From an uncultured Burkholderiaceae bacterium (lineage in GTDB: Bacteria > Pseudomonadota > Gammaproteobacteria > Burkholderiales > Burkholderiaceae_E): DNA of 64,000 bases. The DNA is taken from positions 26,802-90,801 of the forward strand of contig CAYZBJ010000003.1 of assembly GCA_964476625.1 (NCBI GenBank), given 5' to 3'. Position 1 is the stretch's first letter; each line of letters opens with the position of its first letter. Positions 9,990 through 19,543 of this stretch are shown here, in pieces. Made by a program: the position numbers and the translations under genes. The notes beneath the pieces are model-generated. The model saw only the letters and a list, made by a program, of their open reading frames with translations. It was not told the origin of the DNA and did no database searches.

Positions 9990-10158
9990 GCCCGCATTGC
10001 TGGCGTCGCTCTGGCGCGACTTGCCCGGGCAGTTCGATCGGAACGGCAGGGCGCTCCCCGTACCCCGGCGTGCGACTCGCACGTCGGCCAAGAGTGCGCC
10101 GATAGCGACCGTTCGCCACGCGACTGTGGCGGATACACCGAACCGAACTCGCGGCGAG

Positions 10159-10188
10159 TTGACTAGGCGCCCCGTCTCGGGCTATTCA
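10159..10188 (+). promoter_or_regulatory. Candidate sigma70 promoter for the pilus operon
   Basis: TTGACT at 10159-10164, an 18-nt spacer and TATTCA at 10183-10188, about 65 nt upstream of the first pilin ATG. This rests on pattern matching only. Confidence 0.3.
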
Positions 10189-10251
10189 ATTGTTACCGGA
10201 TGTATCGGTCAGTTGGAAGTTGCTGAATCAATCCGTCACAGGGGCCTGGCC

Positions 10252-10782
10252 ATGTTGTCTTATGGACGCTTTGTTCGTTCTTCGATTCTCGGCGCGATGA
10301 TGGCATGTGGGGCCGCGAGCGCCCAGGTTGCCGGCACCATGGATGTCACGCTGGAGTTGGTGGACGGCTGTATCGTCACCGGGTCCCCGGATTCGCTAAG
10401 CAACGTGGACTTCGGGACAGTGGATTTCGGGGTGGCGCCAACCCTGTTCGCTTCCAATCTGGAAGCCCAGGCCGTGTTGGGCGGCACTCCGACACAGTTG
10501 ATGTGCTCGCTCGGCGCCGCGCTGAACATCGCCGTCGGTGGCGGCCTGCATGAAACCGGCGGTGCCCGACGCATGGCGTCCGGTTCGAACTACGTCGAGT
10601 ACCAGCTCCGGACCGCTCCCGGCGGCGGCGGCGATCCTTACGCCCTCGACACGCCGCATGACCTTTCGCACCTGGCTTCGGGAACGCCGTTCGACCTGCC
10701 GATCTACGGAGTGGTATCTCCCCAGTCCGGCCTCACCCCCGGAAACTATGCCGATACGGTGACCATCACATTGACCTTCTAG
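10252..10782 (+). CDS. Spore-coat-U (SCPU) domain pilin, CsuA/B-like major subunit
   Basis: ATG 10252 and signal peptide MLSYGRFVRSSILGAMMACGAASAQ. It has the SCPU hallmarks V..GC......DFG..DF, a Y.L motif and the C-terminal Y.DTVTITLTF. Confidence 0.85.
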   Translation: MLSYGRFVRSSILGAMMACGAASAQVAGTMDVTLELVDGCIVTGSPDSLSNVDFGTVDFGVAPTLFASNLEAQAVLGGTPTQLMCSLGAALNIAVGGGLHETGGARRMASGSNYVEYQLRTAPGGGGDPYALDTPHDLSHLASGTPFDLPIYGVVSPQSGLTPGNYADTVTITLTF

Positions 10783-10813
10783 CTAACCCTCGGCGATCGG
10801 ACGGATCTTCGCG

Positions 10814-11359
10814 ATGGCGACTCGATACGATCGTTTCCGGATGGCACTACTCTGTGCGCTGAGCATTCCGATGTTGGCGCGGTCGGAGCCCGCGCCCACC
10901 ACAGGTGTCATTCAGGTCACGGCGCAGGTCGTTAGCGGCTGCCGGGTGAACACGCAGCCAGAGCTGACCGCGGGCCTCGATTTCGGCTCCCTGGATTTCG
11001 GTCGGCAGCCTTCCCTGTTTGGCGTCGCCCTGACCGCCCGGGCACTAAGCAATGGCAGCGCTATTCGCCTGCGATGCACGGGGGTTCCAAGCATCAATGT
11101 TTCGGTAGGCCTGGGGCTCGATCCCGAGGGGGACCAGCGTCGTCTGAGCGCCGGCGTGCACAAGGTGCCGTATCAGTTGTACGCGGATGGCTCGTTCAGC
11201 CAGCCCTTTGTCGGATCCATGCCCCGATCCCTGACGGTCGCCCCAGACGGCCGGGAAGCGGAGCTCGAGTTAGGTATTTTTGGCCGGATCAGCCCGATTC
11301 CAGGCGGCTATCCCGCGGGTCAGTACAGCGATCAAGTGGGGATAACCGTGAGCTGGTAA
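10814..11359 (+). CDS. Spore-coat-U (SCPU) domain pilin, second subunit
   Basis: Has a signal peptide and shows the same layout as the preceding gene: VVSGC....LDFGSLDF, PYQLY and the C-terminal YSDQVGITVSW. Confidence 0.85.
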   Translation: MATRYDRFRMALLCALSIPMLARSEPAPTTGVIQVTAQVVSGCRVNTQPELTAGLDFGSLDFGRQPSLFGVALTARALSNGSAIRLRCTGVPSINVSVGLGLDPEGDQRRLSAGVHKVPYQLYADGSFSQPFVGSMPRSLTVAPDGREAELELGIFGRISPIPGGYPAGQYSDQVGITVSW

Positions 11360-11392
11360 GAGGCGGCGGGGACGGCCGGGGGGGAGGGGGCA

Positions 11393-12193
11393 ATGAGGGG
11401 GGAGGGAAACGCCCGCAGGGCGTTGTCCGTACTCTGCCTGGCGGCTTTTGCCGTAACGGCGGAGGCGGCCAGTTCGGTCATGATCTGGCCATTGAATCTG
11501 GCGATCGAGGCGCCCGAACGCGCCGCCGCCCTATGGCTGGAGAACACCGGCAGCGATCCGATCGATCTCCAGGTACGAGTGCTTGCGTGGGATCAGGCGG
11601 AGGGCGTCGACCGATACCGATCGCAGATCGACGTGGTTGGCACACCACCGTTTGCCCGGGTCGAGCCGGGCCGTCGTCAGTTGATTCGCTTGACCATGGG
11701 CAGGCCCGCATCCCCGGCTCATGAGATAGCGTATCGGGTGCTGATCGACGAGATCCCGACCGCAAGCCGCTCCAGCGCCACGAACATCGCCGAGCGCGGC
11801 ACGGCATCGGGTGCCGCGTTGAAGTTTCTGATGCGCTATTCGCTGCCCTTGTTCGTCTACCCGGGTGGGGGCGATAGCAACACACCGGCAAGCGCGAGGC
11901 GGGTCGATCCGCCCCTGGCGAGCGGTTTGTCGTGGCGGGCCAGCGAACGGGACGGTCGATGGTTCCTGCATGTGCGAAATGACGATGCAGTCCACGCCAG
12001 GCTGAGCCAGGTACGAGTCTCTCGCCCCTCCGACCAGGGCGTCGTGATTGCCGATGGCTTGCTGGGCTACGTCCTGCCCGGAGCGGAAACGCGATGGCCG
12101 CTGGCGCTAGGTGTGACGCTCACCGCGCAGGACGAGCTACACGCGAGACTCGGCAAGCGCGGCCTGCCCGCCCTGATTCCTCGCAGGCCGTGA
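11393..12193 (+). CDS. Periplasmic pilus chaperone (PapD fold, CsuC-like)
   Basis: ATG 11393 follows a G-rich SD. It has a signal peptide, the N-terminal beta-strand motif VMIWPL...LWLENTG and YRVLIDEIP. Confidence 0.8.
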   Translation: MRGEGNARRALSVLCLAAFAVTAEAASSVMIWPLNLAIEAPERAAALWLENTGSDPIDLQVRVLAWDQAEGVDRYRSQIDVVGTPPFARVEPGRRQLIRLTMGRPASPAHEIAYRVLIDEIPTASRSSATNIAERGTASGAALKFLMRYSLPLFVYPGGGDSNTPASARRVDPPLASGLSWRASERDGRWFLHVRNDDAVHARLSQVRVSRPSDQGVVIADGLLGYVLPGAETRWPLALGVTLTAQDELHARLGKRGLPALIPRRP

Positions 12194-14607
12194 GATGCCC
12201 GCCAGGGTCCTGGCTGGACCCTCCGGTCTATCGACGTGTGTTGTTGCTAGGCATGGTGACCTTGGCGATGCTGCCGGCAGGCGGCCACGCCCGCGGCCTG
12301 CCACCGATACCCGTGGCCATGGCGAATTCGCCCGCATCGCGGCCTGACAGGGTCGAGCTCTTTCTGGAACTGAGGATCAATGGGGTTGCGGCCCCGAACG
12401 TGGTACGAGTGCTTCAACGACAAGGGCGACTTTTCATTCGAGCCATGGATCTCGCATCGGCGGGCGTCGACCTGCGCGCCGCACGGCTTTTGTCCGGGCA
12501 GCAATGGATAGACATTGCGAAGCTGCCAACCACCGAAGCGTCCCTGGACAGCCACGGGCTGGTGCTGGACCTCACGGTTCCGGCGCAATGGCTGCCGCAA
12601 CAGCATATCGGTTCCAGGCGGCCATCCTGGGAGGAGCCGCGAAGCGGGTTTGGTGCCGTGATCAGTTACGACGCCCATGTTTCGCGTCATCGCACTGCAT
12701 GGTCGGAGCGGCAGTCCAGCCATGCAGCGCTATGGAGTGAACAGCGCATCTTTGGCAACAGGGGCGTGATCTCCAATTCCGGCGTATGGCGACATATGGG
12801 CGGGGAGATGAGCTTGCCGGGAGTAAGCGGCTACCGAAGATTCGATACGACCTGGACCTGGCCGGACGAAAGGAACAGTACGTCGGTAACCTTCGGCGAC
12901 GTGATCACCGGAGCGCAAAGCTGGGGGTCTGCGATACGTCTTGGCGGGGTGAAGCTTGCCCAGGACCACAGGCTGCGCCCGGACCTCATCACTTACCCTC
13001 TGCCTCAGTATTCCGGGCGAGCATCGCTTCCCAGCACCGTGGACCTTTTCGTCGACGGGCGTCGTGTCAGCGGCGGGCGCGTGGCGCCCGGCCCGTTCCT
13101 GCTCGAGGGGCTTCCCTTCATGAATGGCGCCGGCGAGGCGACGATCGTGACCACCGACGCGCTTGGACGCCAGAGCGCCATCACGCTTCCGTTCTACGTA
13201 AGCAGCGACTTGTTGCGAGCCGGATTCGCCAATGGATCGATCAGCGCGGGCTTCATCCGGCGCGCCTATGGAATCGAGAATCTCTCGTACGGGAAACCAG
13301 CGGCTACTGCCGTAGTGCGTCACGGCATCAACGATCGATTGACTGGCGAGTTTCAGTTCGACCTCGCCCCGGGCTTGAGCGTGATCGGCGCGGGAGCCGT
13401 GCTCGGCATCGGGCGCTTCGGTGTTGTCAACGGCTCGGTGTCACGCAGCGAGTTCCATGGATCGAACGGACGCCAGCTCTCGTTCGGCTACCGCTACGCG
13501 CAGCGCGGCTTCAGCGCGGGATACAGGGGGAGCCGACGTGACGAGCATTTCGCTGATTTCGGCTCACTGAGCGATGAACTCGCCATGACGCCCGTGCGAG
13601 CCCGCCGAACCGACATCGGGACGCTCGGCTTTTCGATGGGCGATGCGGGCGCCTTCAGCATTGGCTACTTCGACGCCCTCGCGACGGATGAATCCCGCGT
13701 TCGCCTTGCCGTCCTTTCCTATAGCGTCCCGCTGCGGAGACGGAACTCCCTGCATGTCAGTACCAGCAGAGACCTGCATCGAGGCGGACACGGGATGCTG
13801 GTGCAGCTCATCGTTCCTTTGGGTCCGCAAGGGAGTGCCAGCACGGCGTTCTCCCGGGACAAGCAGGGCGGCTACTCGACCCAGCTCGGCTACTCGCGTT
13901 CCGCACCCACTGACGGCGGCTTCGGCTGGAACATCGGCCATTCCTGGCACGAGCGCTCGCACAGCTACCGGCATGCATCCTTGTCCTGGAGCAATCGCCA
14001 TCTTCAGACGGATTTCGGATCCTACGGAACACGTGACGATCGAACCGATTGGGCGGGATTGCGAGGCTCCTTCGTTGTCATGGAGGGGCGTGCGTTCGCT
14101 GCCCGGCAGATTCATGATGCTTTCACACTGGTGAGCACAAGCGGTATCGAGAACGTGCCCGTGCGCTACGAGAACCAGCTGATCGGACGTACCGACCAGC
14201 GTGGCCATCTGCTGGTTCCGAACGTTTCTTCCTACTATGGGGCAAAGTACGAGATCGACCCGCTGAACCTTCCGACCGGCCTGCGAATTCCAAGCGTCGA
14301 GCAGCGCGTGGCCGTGCGTCGAGGAAGCGGAGCGCTACTGAGTTTCCCGATCGAGCCCGTATCGGCCGCATTGATCTCACTTGTCGACGAAGCGGATCAG
14401 CCGTTGCCCCTTGGAACGGTAGTCGTTCATGCCGACACCCTGCAGGAGGCTATCGTCGGGTATGACGGCTTCGTTTACCTCGAGAACCTCGGCGCTCGCA
14501 ACGCATTGACGGCCAGGCGCCCAGGTGGACAGGATTGCAGGGTGTCCTTCGAACTCGACCCAACCGATGCGGAGATGACGAGAGTCGGTCCGTTGCACTG
14601 TGAGTGA
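12190..14607 (+). CDS. Outer-membrane fimbrial usher (CsuD-like)
   Basis: About 800-aa beta-barrel-type protein whose N-terminal region (LFLELRINGV...LFIRAMDLASAGVDL) is typical of ushers. The proposed GTG start at 12190 overlaps the chaperone TGA (GTGA); ATG 12253 is the alternative. Confidence 0.8.
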   Translation: MRCPPGSWLDPPVYRRVLLLGMVTLAMLPAGGHARGLPPIPVAMANSPASRPDRVELFLELRINGVAAPNVVRVLQRQGRLFIRAMDLASAGVDLRAARLLSGQQWIDIAKLPTTEASLDSHGLVLDLTVPAQWLPQQHIGSRRPSWEEPRSGFGAVISYDAHVSRHRTAWSERQSSHAALWSEQRIFGNRGVISNSGVWRHMGGEMSLPGVSGYRRFDTTWTWPDERNSTSVTFGDVITGAQSWGSAIRLGGVKLAQDHRLRPDLITYPLPQYSGRASLPSTVDLFVDGRRVSGGRVAPGPFLLEGLPFMNGAGEATIVTTDALGRQSAITLPFYVSSDLLRAGFANGSISAGFIRRAYGIENLSYGKPAATAVVRHGINDRLTGEFQFDLAPGLSVIGAGAVLGIGRFGVVNGSVSRSEFHGSNGRQLSFGYRYAQRGFSAGYRGSRRDEHFADFGSLSDELAMTPVRARRTDIGTLGFSMGDAGAFSIGYFDALATDESRVRLAVLSYSVPLRRRNSLHVSTSRDLHRGGHGMLVQLIVPLGPQGSASTAFSRDKQGGYSTQLGYSRSAPTDGGFGWNIGHSWHERSHSYRHASLSWSNRHLQTDFGSYGTRDDRTDWAGLRGSFVVMEGRAFAARQIHDAFTLVSTSGIENVPVRYENQLIGRTDQRGHLLVPNVSSYYGAKYEIDPLNLPTGLRIPSVEQRVAVRRGSGALLSFPIEPVSAALISLVDEADQPLPLGTVVVHADTLQEAIVGYDGFVYLENLGARNALTARRPGGQDCRVSFELDPTDAEMTRVGPLHCE

Positions 14608-15673
14608 GCGCCAAAGTATCGTGCGACGCATCGTACGGCACGCCGGAAGCGTCGCACGAGGCCTGGCGAGCACGGTCTCGCCGGCCGTAAGGATTCTTGC
14701 CGTGCTCGCAGCGTCGATCCTGCCGATTTCCGCGCAGGCCGCGTGCCAGGTCAGCGGCCTCCCGAGCTTGTCGCTCGGTTCGAGGACTTCATTCGAGGCC
14801 CGGATCCCCGAGTCCATGGCGGGCTCGGGGGCCGGTGGCCTGGCGTGCACCGGCATTGCGGGACTGTTGAGCTTCCAGTACATCTACGTCAGCGTCGAGA
14901 CTCTCGAGGGGAAACTGCACCACCAGTCCGGCGACGGGGATGCGATCCCGTTTACGCTAGCCGTATCGCCGGGCGGAGCCCCGTTGCAGGCGAACACCAC
15001 TTCGTCCAATCTAGCGCCGGGGGGGCTGCTGAGCTTCGGCGGTGCGAACGGCGATGTCACGGTGTTCCTCGGCCTTGGCGCAGCCGGCAACATCAGGGCA
15101 GGCGTCTACACGGGAACGGTCCTGCTCCGTTGGCACTACGCGACCTGCAGCAACATCAGCGTGCTGAACGTCTGCCTGGGAAGCTGGTCCGCCAGCCCCG
15201 GAATCTCCGCGCCCTGCATTCTGGGTGCATGCACCCTGAACACGAACTCATTGCCGGGCGCCGGCAGCCCGATAGTCCTCACGATATCGCTCGTCGTAAC
15301 GCCCGACTGTCGATTCACCGCAACCGACATCGACTTCGGCAGCGCGCCGTTTGCCGACGCATTCGGTTCCGTGATCGGTCAGGTCGGGGTGACGTGCACG
15401 AGGGGAGAGACCTACTCGGTTGGATTGAGTAACGGCATTCATCATTCCGGCACACGCCGCCAGATGGCTTCAGGAATGGAGCGTCTTCAGTACGATGTGT
15501 TCCGGCCGGGAGGCATGATATGGAACGCGACCGATAGTCGTTTCGAGCAGCCGGTCCCGGCGATCGGAGATATCGACCAGCTCTTTCCGTTCGAGGCGAG
15601 GATATATGCCGACCAGCCTACGCCTCCCGTGGGCTCCTATGCCGATACGTTGATCGTGGACGTCGAATTCTGA
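14600..15673 (+). CDS. Two-domain SCPU tip subunit / adhesin (CsuE-like)
   Basis: The GTG start at 14600 overlaps the usher stop at 14605-14607. It has a signal peptide (ILAVLAASILPISAQA). The C-terminal half is a clear SCPU domain (DC.F....IDFG, LQYDV, YADTLIVDVEF) and the N-terminal half is divergent and Cys-rich. Confidence 0.7.
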   Translation: MSERQSIVRRIVRHAGSVARGLASTVSPAVRILAVLAASILPISAQAACQVSGLPSLSLGSRTSFEARIPESMAGSGAGGLACTGIAGLLSFQYIYVSVETLEGKLHHQSGDGDAIPFTLAVSPGGAPLQANTTSSNLAPGGLLSFGGANGDVTVFLGLGAAGNIRAGVYTGTVLLRWHYATCSNISVLNVCLGSWSASPGISAPCILGACTLNTNSLPGAGSPIVLTISLVVTPDCRFTATDIDFGSAPFADAFGSVIGQVGVTCTRGETYSVGLSNGIHHSGTRRQMASGMERLQYDVFRPGGMIWNATDSRFEQPVPAIGDIDQLFPFEARIYADQPTPPVGSYADTLIVDVEF

Positions 15674-15690
15674 AGCCGGCTCGCAGGCGA

Positions 15691-16494
15691 TCAGGCGCGG
15701 CGGCGCTTGAAGGGCATGGAAGCCGTCAGCCCACCGTCGACCGGCAGCGCCTGGCCATTCACGTACGACGCCTCGTCGCTGGCAAGGAACAGCGCGGCGT
15801 AGGCGATCTCGTGGGGCAGGCCGTAGCGCAGCAGCGGATTGAGCTGGCCGAGCCGGTCGGCGCTGCCGCGCGCCCGAGCGTAGTCGAACGTCGGCTTCGT
15901 CATCCCGGTCTCGATCAGACCCGGGCAGATCGCGTTGACCCGCACGCCGGAGCCCCAGAACGAATTGGCCGCCGTCTGCACGAGGCTGATCACGCCGGCC
16001 TTGCTCGCGCTGTAGGGGTTGCCGCCGGCATTGGCCTTGAGCCCGGCCACCGAGGCGGTGCAGATGATCGAGCCCTTGCCCTGCGCGACCATGTGCGCGC
16101 CGGCGTACTTGACCGCGAGGAAGCAGCCGATCAGGTTGACCCGCAGGACCTTCTCCCAGAGCTCGACGGTCTGCTCGGCGAAGGGGATGTCACCCCCGCT
16201 GACGCCGGCGTTGGCATAAACGGCGTCGAGGCCACCGAAGGTGTCGATGGCGCGCCGGATGTAGGCCTGGGCGTCGGCATCGCTGCCGGTATCGGCGGTC
16301 ATCGCGACCGCCTCGCCGCCTTCCTGCTTGACCAGTGCGACGGTTTCCTCGACACCTTCGGTGTTCAGGTCGACCGCCAGGACCTGGGCGCCTTCGCGGG
16401 CGAACAGCAGCGATGTGGCGCGCCCGATGCCGCTGCCGGCGCCGGTGACGATCGCGCGCTTGCCGGCGAGCCGGCCGTTCGAGGATGCATTCAT
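15691..16494 (-). CDS. SDR-family oxidoreductase
   Basis: ATG 16494 with a GGAGA SD. It has the TGAGSGIG cofactor motif, NAG, and the catalytic YSASK. Confidence 0.9.
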   Translation of the reverse strand: MNASSNGRLAGKRAIVTGAGSGIGRATSLLFAREGAQVLAVDLNTEGVEETVALVKQEGGEAVAMTADTGSDADAQAYIRRAIDTFGGLDAVYANAGVSGGDIPFAEQTVELWEKVLRVNLIGCFLAVKYAGAHMVAQGKGSIICTASVAGLKANAGGNPYSASKAGVISLVQTAANSFWGSGVRVNAICPGLIETGMTKPTFDYARARGSADRLGQLNPLLRYGLPHEIAYAALFLASDEASYVNGQALPVDGGLTASMPFKRRRA

Positions 16495-16644
16495 GAGGGT
16501 CTCCAGGAATGTTGTTGCGACAAGGTCGGCGCCGGTGGCTGCGGCGCAGCGGCAGACAATGTAGCAGGAACGCCGGGCGCGCAGGACGGGACACTCGACT
16601 GGCCACGCGGGGGCAATCGGCCGCCGCTAGAATGATCCGCGACG

Positions 16645-17637
16645 ATGAACCAGACCGAGCGCTACTACCGGATCGACCAGCTCGTGCGCGAGCGCGGGCC
16701 CATCTCCCGCGAAGACCTGATGGCCGCGCTCGAGGTGTCGCGGGCCACCATCACCCGCGACCTCAACTACATGCGCGACCGGCTGCATGCCCCGATCGTC
16801 CACGACCGCGAGGCCGGCGGCTATCGCTTCGAGCAGGCCGGGCTCGGGCCACAGTACGAACTGCCGGGCCTGTGGTTCAACGACCAGGAGATCCTCGCGC
16901 TGCTCACGATGCACCGGATGCTCGAGGACCTCGACACCGGTGGACTGCTCGGGCCGCGGGTCCAGCCCATGATCGCGCGCCTGCGCAACCTGCTGGGCAG
17001 CACCAGCGGTGACGCCGAGGAGGTCATGCGCCGGGTGCGGGTGCGTCCGGCGCAGAACCGGCCGGTGCCGCCGCGACGCTTCGAGCCGATCGGCAATGCG
17101 CTGGTCAACCGCCGACGGCTCGAGATCGAGTACTACACCCGCTCGCGCGACGCCCGCTCGCTGCGGGAGATCTCGCCGCAGCGGCTGACCCACTATCGCA
17201 ACGCCTGGTACCTCGACGCCTGGTGCCACACGAGCGACTCGATGCGGGTCTTCGCGCTCGACGCGATCGAAGCGGTGCGCCTGCTCGATACCGAAGCCCG
17301 GGAGGTGCCGCCCGATGCGGTCGCGCCCGCGGGCGAGGACGGCTACGGCATCTACCGCGGCGGCGAGCTGCGCGAAGCGGTCCTGCGCTTCTCGCCCGAG
17401 GCGGCGCGCTGGGTCAGCGCCGAAGTCTGGCATCCGCGCCAGCAGGGCCGCGCCCTGCCCGATGGCAGCTGGGAACTGCGCCTGCCCTTCGGCACCTCGA
17501 CCGAGCTCGAGATGGACATCCTGCGCCATGGCCCCGACGTCGAGGTGCTGGCGCCGCCCGACCTGCGCGAGCGGGTCGCCGAGCGGCTGGCCGCGGCGCT
17601 CGGCCGCTACGCGAAGCCGCCTCCGCCGACGGCCTGA
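16645..17637 (+). CDS. YafY-family transcriptional regulator (HTH + WYL domain)
   Basis: The N-terminal wHTH (RYYRIDQLV...ISREDLMAALEVSRATITRDLNYM) is followed by a WYL-type core (RLEIEYY...ISPQRL.HYRNAWYLDAWC...MRVFALD.I). Confidence 0.8.
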   Translation: MNQTERYYRIDQLVRERGPISREDLMAALEVSRATITRDLNYMRDRLHAPIVHDREAGGYRFEQAGLGPQYELPGLWFNDQEILALLTMHRMLEDLDTGGLLGPRVQPMIARLRNLLGSTSGDAEEVMRRVRVRPAQNRPVPPRRFEPIGNALVNRRRLEIEYYTRSRDARSLREISPQRLTHYRNAWYLDAWCHTSDSMRVFALDAIEAVRLLDTEAREVPPDAVAPAGEDGYGIYRGGELREAVLRFSPEAARWVSAEVWHPRQQGRALPDGSWELRLPFGTSTELEMDILRHGPDVEVLAPPDLRERVAERLAAALGRYAKPPPPTA

Positions 17638-17832
17638 CGCGGCGTGGGCGCGGGCCCGCGCTTCCGCGCCGCCTTGCTCCCGGCCTGACCGGCCCCTCGC
17701 CTCGGCTGGACGCCCCGGAGCCGCGGACTTTCCTATTGGTCGGCTACTATACTGTCAAGTAAATACAGTTACCATTCGGAAGGCCACTTCCGGCAAGCCC
17801 GTTCCGCGGCCTGCCTCGCCAAGGACAGCATC

Positions 17833-18261
17833 ATGAGTTCGACGGACAGCCCGGCGCTGGAAAAGCCGGGCCTCTACCGCCTGGCCGCCGACGGCCGCAG
17901 CCTTCGCCTGCTGGCGGTCCGCTGCCGCGACTGCGCGACGACCAGCTTCCCGGCGACCGTCTACGGTTGCCGGCGCTGCGGGGCCGACATTACGGCGCTC
18001 GACGCGGTGGAACTCAGCGGCGCCGGCACCTTGAGGAACTTCGTGACCCTCCATCGCGACGTGATGGAAGGCTTCCCGCCGCCGGCGATCATCGGCGAAG
18101 TCGAGATCGCGCCGGGCCTGGTCGAGGAAGTCCACCTGCTCGAGACCGACGAGACGCTGCTCGCACGCGGGGCGACGGTCCGGGCGGTCGCGATCGAGGT
18201 CGAGCGCGATGGCGGCAGGCGACTCGCCTGCCGCTTCACCGCCGATGGCGCCGGCCGATGA
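17833..18261 (+). CDS. Zn-ribbon/OB-fold protein (DUF35), partner of a thiolase-like enzyme
   Basis: 142-aa protein with the CRDC...C.RCG rubredoxin-like ribbon followed by an OB-fold segment. Its stop overlaps the next ATG (ATGA at 18258-18261). Confidence 0.75.
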   Translation: MSSTDSPALEKPGLYRLAADGRSLRLLAVRCRDCATTSFPATVYGCRRCGADITALDAVELSGAGTLRNFVTLHRDVMEGFPPPAIIGEVEIAPGLVEEVHLLETDETLLARGATVRAVAIEVERDGGRRLACRFTADGAGR

Positions 18262-19409
18262 GCACGATCCCGCTCGCGACGCTGCGTCCGGTCCATGTGG
18301 TCGGCGTCGGCATGCATCCGTACCAGTTCCCGAGCGAGACGCCGTACGTCCATCTCGGCCTGGTCGCGATCCGGGCGGCGCTCGCCGACGCGCGGCTGCG
18401 CTGGCCTGATGTCGAGGCGGCATTCGTCGGCACCACCGGGACCGGCATGGCCTCGGGCCGGACGATGTTCCGCCATCTCGGCTCGACCGGCCTCGCGGTG
18501 ATGCAGGTCGAGAACGCATCGGCATCGGGGTCGGCGGCGTTTCGCCAGGCGATCACGGCCATCGCCTGCGGCGAGGCCGATGTCGCACTCGCGGTCGGCG
18601 TCGACAAGTTCGGCGACGCCCGTCGCTCGGGACGCAAGGACGGCATCGAACGGCTGTCCGACAGCATCCATATCCCGCTGGTCAAGTTCGCCCTGCTCGC
18701 CCGCGACTACCTCGATCACCACGGACTGACACCCGCGGACATGGCGCGGGTCGCGGTCAAGAACCACGGCAATGCGGCGAGGAACCCGTTCGCGCAGTTC
18801 CGCAAGCCGCGCACGCTCGCGCAAGTGATGGCCTCGCCGAAGGTCGTCGGCGAGCTCACCGCCCTGCAGTGCACGCCGCGCGGCGAAGGCGGCGCCGCCG
18901 CGATCGTCGCGAGCGAGGGCGCGATCCGCCGGCTCGGCCTCGAGCCGCGCCGCGCGATCCGGGTCGCGTCGTCGGTGATGAACAGCGAGCCGCTCGACGA
19001 CGACAGCGAGCCGGCGATCGTGGCGATGTGCCGCGATTCCGCGGGGCGCGCCTGCCGCGCCGCCGGCGTGCGGCCAGAGGATCTCGACATCGTCGAACTG
19101 CACGACGCCTTCTCGATCGAGGAGCTCGTCTACACCGAGGCCTTCGGCCTGTGCGGCCCCGGCGAGGCGGCCGGCTTCCTCGCGAGCGGCGCCTCGGCGA
19201 TCGGCGGGCGTTGCGCGGTCAATCCATCGGGCGGTCTGCTCGCCCAGGGCCACCCCCTCGGGCCCACCGGCATCGGCCAGATCGCCGAGATCGTCCGCCA
19301 GCTTCGCGGCGAGAATGGCGAGCGCCAGCACCCGAACGCGAAGACCGGTTTGGCGCATATGATCGGGGTCGGATCGATCTCGATCGCCCATGTGCTCTGC
19401 CGTGACTGA
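18258..19409 (+). CDS. Thiolase-superfamily protein (SCP-x / lipid-transfer type)
   Basis: ATG 18258 within track ORF 17967-19409. It has the active-site region VENASASGSAAFRQA and the C-terminal NPSGGLLAQGHPLGPTG thiolase signature. Confidence 0.85.
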   Translation: MSTIPLATLRPVHVVGVGMHPYQFPSETPYVHLGLVAIRAALADARLRWPDVEAAFVGTTGTGMASGRTMFRHLGSTGLAVMQVENASASGSAAFRQAITAIACGEADVALAVGVDKFGDARRSGRKDGIERLSDSIHIPLVKFALLARDYLDHHGLTPADMARVAVKNHGNAARNPFAQFRKPRTLAQVMASPKVVGELTALQCTPRGEGGAAAIVASEGAIRRLGLEPRRAIRVASSVMNSEPLDDDSEPAIVAMCRDSAGRACRAAGVRPEDLDIVELHDAFSIEELVYTEAFGLCGPGEAAGFLASGASAIGGRCAVNPSGGLLAQGHPLGPTGIGQIAEIVRQLRGENGERQHPNAKTGLAHMIGVGSISIAHVLCRD

Positions 19410-19543
19410 CCCGGCTTCCGGAAGCCCTGGAGCGATGCCGCCGCTTCGCTAGAATCGCGGATTGGATCGACTGGGCGGACGGCGCCCGACGACCGGGCGG
19501 GAAGCGCCCGATCCTTTGTACTCCCGGGGCAACGAGGCTCCGG

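Noticed and set aside
17752-17768. LexA SOS box
   Set aside because: The spacing is CTG-N11-CAG rather than the canonical CTG-N10-CAG, so it is kept only as a generic operator candidate.
19413-19426. Palindrome GGCTTCCGGAAGCC just after the thiolase stop, considered as a terminator or operator
   Set aside because: There is no loop and no T-run, it is short, and such a palindrome could arise by chance in GC-rich DNA. No second copy was seen.
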